Below, one piece after another: positions 48,010 to 57,664 of a stretch of 64,000 nucleotides of DNA. The notes under the pieces were generated by a model, which worked only from the letters and a program-made list of their open reading frames with translations, was not told the DNA's origin and made no database searches. The DNA comes from Planctomycetota bacterium. GTDB lineage: Bacteria > Planctomycetota > UBA8108 > SXIK01. A program made the position numbers and the translations under genes. The stretch's first letter is position 1; the number at the start of each line of letters is the position of its first letter. The stretch spans positions 448,001 through 512,000 of the forward strand of contig OZ244999.1 in assembly GCA_965223265.1 (NCBI GenBank). The letters run 5' to 3'.

Positions 48010-48066
48010 GAGGCAGAGGCGGAGGCAGAGGCAGAGGCAGAGGCAGAAACAGCGGCAGAGGCAGAA
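48010..48066 (+). repeat. (GAGGCR)n microsatellite, right flank, degenerating
   Basis: 6 perfect units followed by GAAACA GCGGCA GAGGCA. Confidence 0.95.
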
Positions 48067-48264
48067 AAGAGGCGGGTTGTTAGGGCGTGCGCGCGGCGGC
48101 GGCATTGTCGATGGTAACCGAAGCACAGCCGGCCTCAAGGGTGCCCTCGCTGCGCTCGGCGCTTCGCGCGCTTGACCCCGTCTGTGCTTCGGTTGGCGGC
48201 AGTGAAACGCCGCCGCGTCGGGCGTGCGGCGAGAGTTCACGGGGCCGTTGACCGGAGTCTTCTC

Positions 48265-48588
48265 ATGAGCTTTCTCGCTTTGGATCACTCTGTTGGCATC
48301 GTTCGTCAGCTGCGTCCGCTTGTAGCGTCTGTGCGTCGTCACGACTCGAGGCTCGCTGCGCAGCTGCGCGACGCAGGCTCTTCGGTGGCGCTCAACCTCG
48401 GCGAGGGCAATCGGCGTCAGGGTCGTGACCGCGGACACCTTTGGCGCATTGCTTCAGGCAGCGCTGAAGAGGTTCGCACGGCGCTGCGTGTTGCCGAAGC
48501 GTGGGGCTACGTCGATGCAGCGGAGACAACTGCGGTGCTTGCGGACATCGATCGGCTGCAGGCAATGCTCTGGAAACTGACGCGCTGA
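48265..48588 (+). CDS. Four helix bundle protein (23S rRNA-IVP / Avd-like fold family)
   Basis: QLRDAGSSVALNLGEG..R and IASGSAEEV...WGY motifs; GGAG RBS; 107 aa. Confidence 0.88.
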   Translation: MSFLALDHSVGIVRQLRPLVASVRRHDSRLAAQLRDAGSSVALNLGEGNRRQGRDRGHLWRIASGSAEEVRTALRVAEAWGYVDAAETTAVLADIDRLQAMLWKLTR

Positions 48589-48642
48589 CGCAGAAACCTT
48601 GGCCCGCCGTGCAGTACTTCGCGCGGCGGGTTTGACGACGAG

Positions 48643-48886
48643 GGAGAGGCGGAGACAGAACCAGATACAGAGTCAGAAACAGAGGCGGAGACAGAATACA
48701 GAACCAGATACAGAGTCAGAAGCAGAAACAGAAACGGATACAGAAACGGATACGGAGGCAGAAGCGATTACCGGCACGCCCACGCCCACGCCCACGCCCA
48801 CGCCCACGCCCACGCCCACGCCCACGCACTCACAAACGCCCACGCACTCACAAACGCCCACGCAAACGCCCTCGCCCTCGCCCACC
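48643..48886 (+). repeat. Compound hexamer microsatellite: degenerate GA(G/A/T)(A/G)C(A/G) units followed by (ACGCCC)n and CACTCACAAACGCCC units
   Basis: Directly visible in the intergenic region. Confidence 0.92.
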
Positions 48887-48954
48887 GAGCTAGGCTGGGC
48901 TCGCGACGCGGCGGCCGAGTCACGACTCGATGTGCGGAACAAACGACTCGAGCT

Positions 48955-49572
48955 TCACCCGGCCGACCCCTCCGACGCACCGTCGGCGATGTCGGGCTCC
49001 TTGACTCCGATGGCTGAAAACGTGAAGAACTCGAGGTGCGTCGGGGCGCGCCAGGCGTCCGGCTGTAGGCCCATCTTTTGCCGGCAGCATTCCCCTAAGA
49101 GCGTCGGTACGTCCCACTGTTGCTCGACCGCTACTTCGGGCAGAAAGCAGCCGCGCTTGTTGGCCCTGCGGTCGACGATGTAGATCCCCTCGCTCCCGCG
49201 TCGAAGGTGCAGGGGGTCATCGATTGCTGTCAGGCTTGAAAGAATCCGCACCGAGAGGACGAGATTGTCGAGCTCCTCCGCCGTCACGGGGTTGCGCTGA
49301 AAGCGGGAGTCGCGCGTCGCTGAACCAGCCATCTCGAAGATCGTTGCGCCCAGCGGTTCGGAACTCTCGAACGTTCCGACGCATCCGCGGAGTTCCCCGC
49401 GTCGATTCCTCAAGGTCACGAAACATCCGCGCCGCTGCGCTAGCACCCCGCCGGACGCGAGAGGGCGCGCTTGAGGCACCGCCGCGACGAAAGCAGCGCG
49501 AAGACCTGCCCGCGCGCACTCGAGGACCTCGCGCTTCGCTGCGGGTGAAAGCTCGGTTCTTTCTTGGGTCAT
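48955..49572 (-). CDS. AmmeMemoRadiSam system protein A (AMMECR1 family)
   Basis: GCFVTL...LRGCVG, DSRF..V...EL, FLPEVA.EQ.W. Confidence 0.9.
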   Translation of the reverse strand: MTQERTELSPAAKREVLECARAGLRAAFVAAVPQARPLASGGVLAQRRGCFVTLRNRRGELRGCVGTFESSEPLGATIFEMAGSATRDSRFQRNPVTAEELDNLVLSVRILSSLTAIDDPLHLRRGSEGIYIVDRRANKRGCFLPEVAVEQQWDVPTLLGECCRQKMGLQPDAWRAPTHLEFFTFSAIGVKEPDIADGASEGSAG

Positions 49573-49809
49573 CCGGTGCCGTCGACTCTTGAGCCGAGAT
49601 TCGAGTCAGTTTGACGCGTTGGTTGCTGCTTGCTTCTTCACTGGGCGTCGACGAGAATGCTCCGCCACCGATCTTGCCGGGCGATTCATCGGCTGAGGGC
49701 GAACGTCTAAGACCTTCGCATGATCATTTTCTCTGTCGCGCGGCGCAAGGGAAATCGACGTCGACTTGCGCGAACATCTCAACTTGTAAGGGACTCTGCC
49801 GCAACGCTG

Positions 49810-50991
49810 ATGGACCGCCTGCTCGACGCTTCATTGATTCCACGCGTCCGAGAATTGATCTCATCGCGTAGCGCTTCGTTGGTGGACGACTATCGGCATC
49901 TTCATGCTCAGCCTGAGCTGAGCTGGGACGAACACGCCACCGCGAACTACGTCGAGTCTCGATTGCGCGACCTTGGGCTCGAGCCTCGGAGGGTGGCAAC
50001 GACCGGGGTGGTTGCGGACTTTGGTCGTAGCGATCAGCCGAAGAGGATGCTCCGGGCCGACATCGACGCCGTGCCTGTTCACGAGGAATCAGGCCTCGAC
50101 TTTACGTCGAACAATCCCGGTGTGATGCACGCTTGCGGCCACGATGCTCATACCGCGATCTTACTCTGCGCCGCGTCCGTGCTTGTCAAGTTGGCGCCCA
50201 CGCGAGCGTTGCGATTCATGTTCCAGCCGGCCGAGGAGGTCCCCACGAGCGGTGCTGCACGATGTGTTGCCGAGGGTGCGCTGGACGGCGTCGCCGAGGT
50301 CGTCGCGCTGCACGTCTGGCCGGCACTGGAGACCGGTGTCTTGGGGCTGCGCGATGGTGCATTTACCGCCGCGGCGGACGTGTGGGAATGCGTATTGCGC
50401 GGCCCCGGCGGGCATAGCGCACGGCCACGCGATACGATCGATCTCGTCGACCTTGCCGCGCGCATCGTTGTCGAGTTGAATGCGATCCCTCAGCGCGTCT
50501 TGAATTCTGAGCGGGAAACGGCGGTCGTTACCGCAACGATGATTCACGGCGGTGATGCACCCAATGTGATACCGCAGGAGCTGCGGCTCGCAGGGACCGT
50601 CCGTACACTGGATATGTCGAGGCGAGATCGACTCCGCGCGACTCTCGAGTCCTGTGTCCGGAGACACGTCGCCAACGCCGGCGCCGGCGTTGAGTGGAAC
50701 TGCGCTCCCGGACCGCCAGCGCACGTTAATGACGAGTCGTTGACACAGGCGGCGCGGGAGCTTCTGACGGCGGCGTTCGGCAGCGACGGAGTCGTCGAGT
50801 TGGACGCACCCAGCCTTGGCAGTGAGGACTTTGCCTATCTGAGTCAGGACCGTCCTGCCCTCATGCTCCGCCTTGGCTGCCGCGCTCCGGGCGCCCCTTT
50901 CCATTCGCTGCACAGTCCGCGTTTCTGCGTCAGCGAGGACGCGCTCGTTCCCGGGGCGGTCGCTATGACGTTGCTCGGACTACTGACGTGA
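49810..50991 (+). CDS. M20D amidohydrolase (hippurate hydrolase-like)
   Basis: HAQPELS, LRADIDA, MHACGHDAH, FQPAEE, SEDF, LHSP; start uncertain. Confidence 0.92.
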   Translation: MDRLLDASLIPRVRELISSRSASLVDDYRHLHAQPELSWDEHATANYVESRLRDLGLEPRRVATTGVVADFGRSDQPKRMLRADIDAVPVHEESGLDFTSNNPGVMHACGHDAHTAILLCAASVLVKLAPTRALRFMFQPAEEVPTSGAARCVAEGALDGVAEVVALHVWPALETGVLGLRDGAFTAAADVWECVLRGPGGHSARPRDTIDLVDLAARIVVELNAIPQRVLNSERETAVVTATMIHGGDAPNVIPQELRLAGTVRTLDMSRRDRLRATLESCVRRHVANAGAGVEWNCAPGPPAHVNDESLTQAARELLTAAFGSDGVVELDAPSLGSEDFAYLSQDRPALMLRLGCRAPGAPFHSLHSPRFCVSEDALVPGAVAMTLLGLLT

Positions 50992-51066
50992 ACATAGCAT
51001 GAGAGTCCGCTGGTGCCGTCAAAGAGACTTTGACGGGGGCCGCGACCATCCCGATGGCTTCGACGC

Positions 51067-51579
51067 TCAGACGAAGCAGGCGACCGCGGCAGTCACCCAT
51101 ATGATCCCACCAGCGGCGAGTTTGGCGAGCACGCCGACGAAGCGACCGAGAGCAGCGCCCTGTCCGGAGGAGACGCTTTGATCGATCGGTTCGCCACGAA
51201 GAACTTCGACTGCGCACGCGCCGCAGAATGCGCCGAGGCAAACTCCGACAACCGAGCCGACGATGGGGATCGGGATCAGTAGGGTCCCCGCAATCGCTCC
51301 GGCGAACGCGCCAAGCATCGCACCTGCCGCGGCCCAGCGAGACGCTCCAGCCCTCTTTGCGCCGACCGCCGATGAGGCAAACTCGATCACTTCTGCGATG
51401 AGTGCGACGACCGTCATCGCGGCAAGTGTCCAGTTGCTCGCCAGCTCGAGCTCTGGTTTCCACCAGCTGAGCGCAGCGGTTGTCAAGATCATGAGCCAGG
51501 TGCCCGGAAGCCCGAGCAGAACCAGTCCGAGCCAGAGCGCGTTGAGAATCAAGAGTGGGGCGATGTAGAGAAAGCTCAT
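51067..51579 (-). CDS. DUF456 family membrane protein
   Basis: LPGTWL, GAKRAGAS and Gly-rich TM segments. Confidence 0.85.
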   Translation of the reverse strand: MSFLYIAPLLILNALWLGLVLLGLPGTWLMILTTAALSWWKPELELASNWTLAAMTVVALIAEVIEFASSAVGAKRAGASRWAAAGAMLGAFAGAIAGTLLIPIPIVGSVVGVCLGAFCGACAVEVLRGEPIDQSVSSGQGAALGRFVGVLAKLAAGGIIWVTAAVACFV

Positions 51580-51613
51580 GTTCGCCCTTTCGGTCGCTCT
51601 TCTGTCGTGGCCT

Positions 51614-52576
51614 TCACAACTGCCGCAGCGCCCTGAGGTCTACGTTGCCGCCGGAAAGGATGATGCCGACTCGTCGGCCGCCAAACTCCGCTCGCACCGC
51701 GCGACTGAGGAATGCGCCGAGCGGCACGGCCGCTGACGGTTCGACGACGATCTTTGCACGCTCTAAGAGTAGCCACGTGGCGCGGAGTATGTCGTCTTCC
51801 GAGACCAGGGCAATCTCATCGACCCAGCGATGGATGATCGGAAACGTTCGGTCGCCTAGTGCGGTGCGGAGTCCGTCCGCGACCGTGTCGGTGCGCTCGA
51901 CCGGCTGAATCGAACCGCTGTGCCACGAACGAAACGCGTCGTCCGCGATCTCGGGCTCGCATCCGATGACGATTTTCTCGGGGTGTTGGTGTTTCACGGC
52001 CAGTATCGTGCCGCTCAGAAGTCCACCGCCGCCCACCGGCGCAGCGACGATCTCAAGGTCGTCCACCTGCTGGAGTAGCTCTGCGGCGCACGTCGCTTGG
52101 CCGCAGATGATGCGGTCGTCGTTGTAGGGGTGAATGAACTCAGCCCCTGTGTCCTCAACAACGCGTTGAGCGGTTGACTCCCGAGCCTCGAGCGTGGGCC
52201 GGCACAACTCGACACGCCCGCCATACCCCTCGACTGCGGCGCGTTTCACGGCCGGCGCGTTCTCGGGCATAACGATCGTCGCCGGGATGTTGCGGAGACT
52301 TGCTGCGTACGCCAGAGACGCGCCGTGGTTTCCTGACGAATGAGTGACGACCCCACGCTTTGCCTGCTGCGGCTGCAGAGAGAACGCCGCGTTGGTGGCG
52401 CCGCGCAGCTTGAAGGCGCCGGTGCGTTGAAAGTTTTCGCACTTGAAGAAGAGCTTGGCACCGACGAGCCGGTCGATCGTGCTGCAGGTGATGACAGGGG
52501 TGCGGTGGACGTACGGCGCAACGCGTTCTCGCGCTTCTCGAACGTCCTCGAGTCCAGGCGCTCGATCGTCGACCAC
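51614..52576 (-). CDS. PLP-dependent threonine/serine dehydratase or serine racemase
   Basis: KCENFQRTGAFKLRGA, SSGNHG, PVGGGGL, SGGNVD. Confidence 0.92.
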   Translation of the reverse strand: MVDDRAPGLEDVREARERVAPYVHRTPVITCSTIDRLVGAKLFFKCENFQRTGAFKLRGATNAAFSLQPQQAKRGVVTHSSGNHGASLAYAASLRNIPATIVMPENAPAVKRAAVEGYGGRVELCRPTLEARESTAQRVVEDTGAEFIHPYNDDRIICGQATCAAELLQQVDDLEIVAAPVGGGGLLSGTILAVKHQHPEKIVIGCEPEIADDAFRSWHSGSIQPVERTDTVADGLRTALGDRTFPIIHRWVDEIALVSEDDILRATWLLLERAKIVVEPSAAVPLGAFLSRAVRAEFGGRRVGIILSGGNVDLRALRQL

Positions 52577-52579
52577 GTG

Positions 52580-52993
52580 TTATATCTCGCCCACGTCTTC
52601 CGGCAGCTCGTCAGGCACCTCGGCGCGAGGCTCGCGCAGGATGACGAGAATCGCGTGTTGCGGCACGACGAGATAAGCATCCCTGCCAATCGAGATTTCG
52701 ATGGCGGCCTTACGGAAAAACGTCGCGTGGTCCCCGACCTTGATCTCCATCGGCATATACCGTGCCCCTTGCTTCGGCTCCTGCCACTCTTCTGAAAGCT
52801 CTTCGGTCGGTGGCGGGAGCGGGGTGCCGGGGCCGATCGCACGCACGATGCCCGATTGAACCGCATCCTTTGCGACGGCGTTTGCGGGCAGAATGAGACC
52901 GACTTCCGTGGTTTGCTCTCCGGTCTCGGGTTCGATCAAGACGCGATCGCCGACGACGTGAAGCTCTTTCTTACCGACGCTGAGACGTTTCAT
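52580..52993 (-). CDS. GroES/Cpn10-like co-chaperonin (stand-alone, extended)
   Basis: GDRVLIEP, GLILP, GIVRAIGPG, IKVGD. Confidence 0.85.
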   Translation of the reverse strand: MKRLSVGKKELHVVGDRVLIEPETGEQTTEVGLILPANAVAKDAVQSGIVRAIGPGTPLPPPTEELSEEWQEPKQGARYMPMEIKVGDHATFFRKAAIEISIGRDAYLVVPQHAILVILREPRAEVPDELPEDVGEI

Positions 52994-53100
52994 GCGCGTA
53001 TCTTAGCACTCGCGACCGCGCGGAGCAATCCGCTGCGCCGGTCTCTGCAGCTGTCGCGTCGCGGTGGTGAGCCGTGGAGTGTGCATCGACCCTTGGCTCG

Positions 53101-54603
53101 CTAGGCGAGCACGTCCTCGACGACATGCCCGGAGACGTCCGTCAGTCGAAAGCGGCGGCCATTGTACAGATACGTGAGGCGCTCGTGGTCTAGGCCAAGG
53201 AGGTGCAGGATCGTGGCGTGGAGATCGTTGACGCTGACACGGTTGACGACAGCTTTGTGCCCGTACTCGTCGGTCTCTCCATAGTGAACTCCGCCTTTCA
53301 CACCGCCGCCGGCGAGCCACGTCGTGAAAGCGTGTGGGTTGTGATCCCGTCCTGGTTTTTGTCCCGTCTGTGCCACGGGCAGCCGTCCGAACTCGCCAGC
53401 ACAGAGGACAAGCGTTGCATCGAGAAGGCCACGCTCCTTGAGGTCGCTGAGCAGAGCGGCGATCGGTTGATCCGTCTCGCCGGCGAATTGGCGGTGGTTG
53501 TTCTCGATATCGCTATGACCGTCCCAGCTCTTTTGATTCTCTTCGCCGCCGCTGTAGATTTGAATGAAACGAACTCCGCGTTCGACCATTCGGCGCGCGA
53601 TGAGGCATTGCCGTGCGAAGTGGCCACAGTGCTTCTCGTCGAGCCCGTAGAGTTTTTTGATCGAGGCCGGTTCGCTGTCAACATCAATCGCCTCCGGCGC
53701 CGCAACTTGCATGCGGTAGGCGAGTTCGAAGCTCTCGATGCGAGCGTCAAGCTCGGCGCTGGCGCCGACTTCGCTCTGATGGCGGCGGTTCAAGCGCGCC
53801 AGCAAATCGAGCTGACGTCGCTGCGATGTCGGCGTCACGCCGGGCAGTCGATCGAGATTGTCGATCGGTGCACCCTGAGCGTTGAGCGCGGTGCCTTGAA
53901 AGACACCGGGAAGAAAACCGGTTCCCCAATTCTGCGCGTACCCTTTGGGAAGCCCGCGCCCGAGGGTGTCGTACATGACGACGAACGCCGGTAAGTTCTG
54001 GTTTTCAGTGCCGAGACCGTAGGTCACCCAGGAGCCGACGCAGGGAAATCCCATCCGACTCATGCCGGTGTTGATCTGGAAGAGGGCTGGTGAATGGTTG
54101 TTTGTCTCGGTGTGGCAGGAGTGAATGAACGCCATGTCGTCGACGTGACGTGACAGGTGCGGGAAGATCTCCGGCACCCACGTGCCCGAGTCGCCGTAGC
54201 GACGAAACTCGAACGGCGAGCGCATGAGAGCGCCGACGGCGTTGGGAAAGAACCCAGTGGCCTTGTCGAAGCCATCGAGCGCTCGTCCGTGATGCTCGGC
54301 CAGCAGGGGCTTGTAGTCCCACGTGTCGACTTGGCTCTGGCCGCCGTTCATGAACAGCCAGATGACCGATTTCGCAGGCCCGTCGAAATGAGGCGAATGA
54401 GGTGCTAGAGGCGCCGCCCTGACGCCGGCCGCTCGCCCGCCGGGCGTCGCCGTCGCCGTCGCCGTCGCCGCCGTCGGCTCGGAGGTCCAGCCGCTCTCTG
54501 CCAGCAGGCTAGCGAGAGCAAGCGCCCCGAAGCCGTTTCCCGTGCAGCGCAGAAACTCGCGGCGCGGGAGCGAGGTCAAAGCCGGCTCGTGAATCGGACG
54601 CAT
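53101..54603 (-). CDS. DUF1501 domain protein (Tat-type signal)
   Basis: RREFL twin-arginine, FMNGGQSQVDTWDYKP, GEFGR.P, GRDHN. Confidence 0.92.
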   Translation of the reverse strand: MRPIHEPALTSLPRREFLRCTGNGFGALALASLLAESGWTSEPTAATATATATPGGRAAGVRAAPLAPHSPHFDGPAKSVIWLFMNGGQSQVDTWDYKPLLAEHHGRALDGFDKATGFFPNAVGALMRSPFEFRRYGDSGTWVPEIFPHLSRHVDDMAFIHSCHTETNNHSPALFQINTGMSRMGFPCVGSWVTYGLGTENQNLPAFVVMYDTLGRGLPKGYAQNWGTGFLPGVFQGTALNAQGAPIDNLDRLPGVTPTSQRRQLDLLARLNRRHQSEVGASAELDARIESFELAYRMQVAAPEAIDVDSEPASIKKLYGLDEKHCGHFARQCLIARRMVERGVRFIQIYSGGEENQKSWDGHSDIENNHRQFAGETDQPIAALLSDLKERGLLDATLVLCAGEFGRLPVAQTGQKPGRDHNPHAFTTWLAGGGVKGGVHYGETDEYGHKAVVNRVSVNDLHATILHLLGLDHERLTYLYNGRRFRLTDVSGHVVEDVLA

Positions 54604-54619
54604 GGAAACACCTATGTTG

Positions 54620-57600
54620 TCAATGGAGATACGCGAACTCGTTCAGTCCGAGGAGGACTTGGCAAAAGTCCGCCATGGCGCGCTCTCGCACTGTTCGCCG
54701 CTGTGCCTCTGCTTCGCGGGCGTCAACTCCTGTGTCCGCAGCGGCGTTCTTGGTTGTATACGCTTGTGTCTGTTGTTCGACGAACTCTATGGCATCGCTC
54801 AACTCCATTGGCGTCGGGCGGCGTGCCAAGGCGAGTTCGTAGGCCAGAGTGATTCCGTCGGCATCCGAGCGTGCTACCGCTGCCTCCAAGCGCGCGGAAA
54901 AACTTTCTGCGCAGCGCCGCACAACGGGGTGGTTCATGAGAAGAAGCGCCTGCGGTGCGACCGTCGTGACTGGTCGTGTAGCGACGCTTCCGAGGGTGTC
55001 GGGGGCGTCGAAGAGCATCATCCACGGGATCAGTTTGCTGCGCTTAACGAAAAAGTAGATGCTGCGCCGACGGTGTGCTTCATCGAGACTGCCGGGTCCG
55101 TACATCAGGGGATCGAGGCGGCCGCTGACGGCGAGCATTGCATCGCGAAGAGCTTCCGCTTCGAGTCGTCGCGGGTTCCAGCGCCACAGGAGACGATTCT
55201 GTGGGTCTTCGGTGGCGCCGGGCTGGAGCTGCGACGACTGTCTGTAGACGCTGCTCAAAACGATGAGGCGGTGTAGAGGCTTGAGCCTCCAGCCGCCGTG
55301 GATCAGTTCCGATGCCAACCAGTCAAGAAGCTCCGGGTGCGTCGGCCTTTCTCCTTGCGAGCCAAAGTCGCTCGGGGTGCCGACGATGCCGCGGCCGAGG
55401 TGATGCTGCCAGAGACGGTTGACGATAACGCGTGCTAGGAGATGCCCGGCGCCGTTATCAACATCGGTCAACCATTCGGCCAACGCTCGCCGGCGGAACG
55501 ACGTCTTGCTGCCGGGTGGGGGTTCTTCTTTCCAGTGCCGCTCGCCATTGGGAGAGCGCATGAGCACCTGAAGGAATCCTTGCGTTGCGACTTCACCCTT
55601 CTGCCGTGGGTCGCCGCGGTTGAGGAAATACGTTACGTCGAAGTAGTCGTCTCCCTGTGTGTTGAGGCGAATCGGGCGAAGGCCTTCGCTCGAGACGAGT
55701 GCGCGGGTCGTGGCCGGCTCGGGCTTGGTGGCTGCGTGTGCCGCTACCGCGGCGCTCAATTGTTGCCAGCGCTCGTCGTGCTGCCGCCACCACGTGAAGA
55801 GCGCGTCTCGTTCTGCCGGTAGAAGCCGCTGAACGTCGGCGACGGTTTGAACCTTGGTGAGCGCTATGCGTGCACGCTGCGAGATCGACGTCGCGCTGAG
55901 CTGCGGCTCTCTAGCCGTTGTGAGAGCCAGTCGCGGTCTGCCGATCGTGTGGCGGCGATTGGTATTGAACGCAAGCGTGAAGGTCAGAGTCGTGCCTGAC
56001 TCGTAGCCGATCGGTTCGCCGAAGGTGAAAACGGCACTATGATCCTTACCGTACTCGGGGGCGACAGCCCAACGCGAGCGGGGATCGTCGTCGATCGCTT
56101 TGGCGACGCCGCGCTCGGCGCTCGACTCGAACGTCGACGCCGCACTCACCAGTGGGACGGGCACGGGATCTCCACCCCCGGTGGGGGCCGCGGTGACGCG
56201 GAAATCGCTCAGGCCGATGTTGCCGTTGTCGGCCCGACCTGGGCCACGCCGCACAAGAGAGTCATCGGCGAGCGCATCAAGGCGCACCGCTGTGATGCCC
56301 TGTGCTTCGGTGTTCGCTACGAACGTAAATGTGTCGTAGGCGGCAAACTTACCACGGCTGAGGAGGGAACCATCTGATTGCTTCTCGAACTCCGTGCCAC
56401 CGGTTGAGCTCCACTCGATGATGTCGACGATGGTCCAAGGCGGCACGCTGAGAGCGCCGAACGTTTCATCGCTCGGAGCGTCGACGGGAACGTCCTCCCT
56501 GTTGCTATCGTTGCCACCGTTGCCGTCATTGTCGCGCCGCGCCGCGCTGGATCGTGCTTGCCCGATCGAACCGAGCCAGGTTTCGAAGGCGCCTCTGAGC
56601 TCGCCGCGTTCGTAAGCGCTGAGAGCCTCGACGAGGGGTGTTCGCTTGCGCTCATACTCCCGCAGCGCCAGGGCGTGTCCCTTCGGATCGATCGGGACCA
56701 GATGGTCGGAGCGAATCGTCGTCGTGAACGTGGACAACAGACGATAATAGTCACTCGTTGGGATCGGGTCGAACTTGTGGTCATGGCAGCGTGCACAGCC
56801 GACGGCCAGTCCTAGGAAGGCAGTTCCGACTGTGTTGGCCATGTCGTCGAGCTCGTCGTAGCGTTCCTTTTCGACTTGGTTTTTGGTGATCTGCGTGGCG
56901 TGTGTGCCGGCGGCCAGAAAACCTGTCGCCATCATGGCGAGAGGTTCCTCCGGCTTGTACTCATCACCGGCAATCTGCCATTTGACGAACGTTGTGTAGG
57001 GGAGGTCGTCGTTCAGTGCCTTGATGAGAAAATCGCGGTAGTGATAGGCGTGTTCGCGATCCGTATCGTGCTCGAAGCCGTGGCTTTCGGCGAAGCGAGC
57101 GAGATCGAGCCAGTGTCGCGCCCAGCGCTCTCCGAAGTGTGGGCTGTCGAGAAAATGATCGACCACGCGCTCGAACGCATCCGCCGACTTGTCACGAACG
57201 AAACGCTCGACTTCGTCCGGAGTTGGCGGTAGCCCAGTCAGAGTGAAGGCGACGCGACGAATCAGGCGGCGGCGATCGACGTCCGGATTGGGTGCGACTT
57301 CGAGTGCTTCGAGTCGGTGCAAGACGAAACGATCGATGGGCGTACGACACCACGAGGTGTCTTTGACTGCCGGCGGCTCCGGACGCTTGAGTGGTCGAAA
57401 CGACCAAAACTGTCGGTCCTCAATCGTGACGTCGCCGCTGGCGCGCGGCTGGGTGCTCTCCTGGGTTACTGCTTCCAGAACGCCTTTGCTGGCGACGCGG
57501 GGAATAGAACCACCGTCCCCGCCAACCAGCTGTGCTGGCGAGAGTGACTCGACACTGAGTACAGCGAAGAGCGCGGCGAGCGCAGCGCGTCGACGCGGCA

Positions 57601-57664
57601 TTGAGCTGGCGGTGAAGCTCTGGCGGCGGTGCGGTAGCCTCTCTTTTCGTGCCGGTTGACGCAT
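54620..57664 (-). CDS. DUF1549/DUF1553 (PSD1/planctomycete cytochrome c-like) protein
   Basis: FWSFRP, LTGLPPT, GERWARHWLD, CARCHDHKFDP, NRLWQHH, PTHPELLDWLA; start uncertain. Confidence 0.92.
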   Translation of the reverse strand: MRQPARKERLPHRRQSFTASSMPRRRAALAALFAVLSVESLSPAQLVGGDGGSIPRVASKGVLEAVTQESTQPRASGDVTIEDRQFWSFRPLKRPEPPAVKDTSWCRTPIDRFVLHRLEALEVAPNPDVDRRRLIRRVAFTLTGLPPTPDEVERFVRDKSADAFERVVDHFLDSPHFGERWARHWLDLARFAESHGFEHDTDREHAYHYRDFLIKALNDDLPYTTFVKWQIAGDEYKPEEPLAMMATGFLAAGTHATQITKNQVEKERYDELDDMANTVGTAFLGLAVGCARCHDHKFDPIPTSDYYRLLSTFTTTIRSDHLVPIDPKGHALALREYERKRTPLVEALSAYERGELRGAFETWLGSIGQARSSAARRDNDGNGGNDSNREDVPVDAPSDETFGALSVPPWTIVDIIEWSSTGGTEFEKQSDGSLLSRGKFAAYDTFTFVANTEAQGITAVRLDALADDSLVRRGPGRADNGNIGLSDFRVTAAPTGGGDPVPVPLVSAASTFESSAERGVAKAIDDDPRSRWAVAPEYGKDHSAVFTFGEPIGYESGTTLTFTLAFNTNRRHTIGRPRLALTTAREPQLSATSISQRARIALTKVQTVADVQRLLPAERDALFTWWRQHDERWQQLSAAVAAHAATKPEPATTRALVSSEGLRPIRLNTQGDDYFDVTYFLNRGDPRQKGEVATQGFLQVLMRSPNGERHWKEEPPPGSKTSFRRRALAEWLTDVDNGAGHLLARVIVNRLWQHHLGRGIVGTPSDFGSQGERPTHPELLDWLASELIHGGWRLKPLHRLIVLSSVYRQSSQLQPGATEDPQNRLLWRWNPRRLEAEALRDAMLAVSGRLDPLMYGPGSLDEAHRRRSIYFFVKRSKLIPWMMLFDAPDTLGSVATRPVTTVAPQALLLMNHPVVRRCAESFSARLEAAVARSDADGITLAYELALARRPTPMELSDAIEFVEQQTQAYTTKNAAADTGVDAREAEAQRRTVRERAMADFCQVLLGLNEFAYLH

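Noticed and set aside
39130-48066. CRISPR-like or integron-like array interpretation of the regularly spaced repeats
   Set aside because: The units between repeats are near-identical 1.65-1.74 kb IS copies, not unique spacers or cassettes; no cas or integrase gene is present.
46831-48438. 535-aa N-terminally extended transposase in the ORF track
   Set aside because: The extension runs through the microsatellite and antisense to the four-helix-bundle gene; the other copies and the RBS place the start at 47958.
48265-48588. Diversity-generating retroelement (Avd accessory gene)
   Set aside because: No reverse transcriptase and no TR/VR pair with adenine-specific differences seen in the window.
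48599-49183. 194-aa ORF with ET/PT repeats
   Set aside because: The open frame arises from stop-free hexamer repeats and overlaps the AMMECR1 gene on the opposite strand.
54445-54477. (GTCGCC)n short repeat in the DUF1501 gene
   Set aside because: Only about 4-5 units encoding a Thr/Ala linker after the signal peptide; too short to link to the other tracts.
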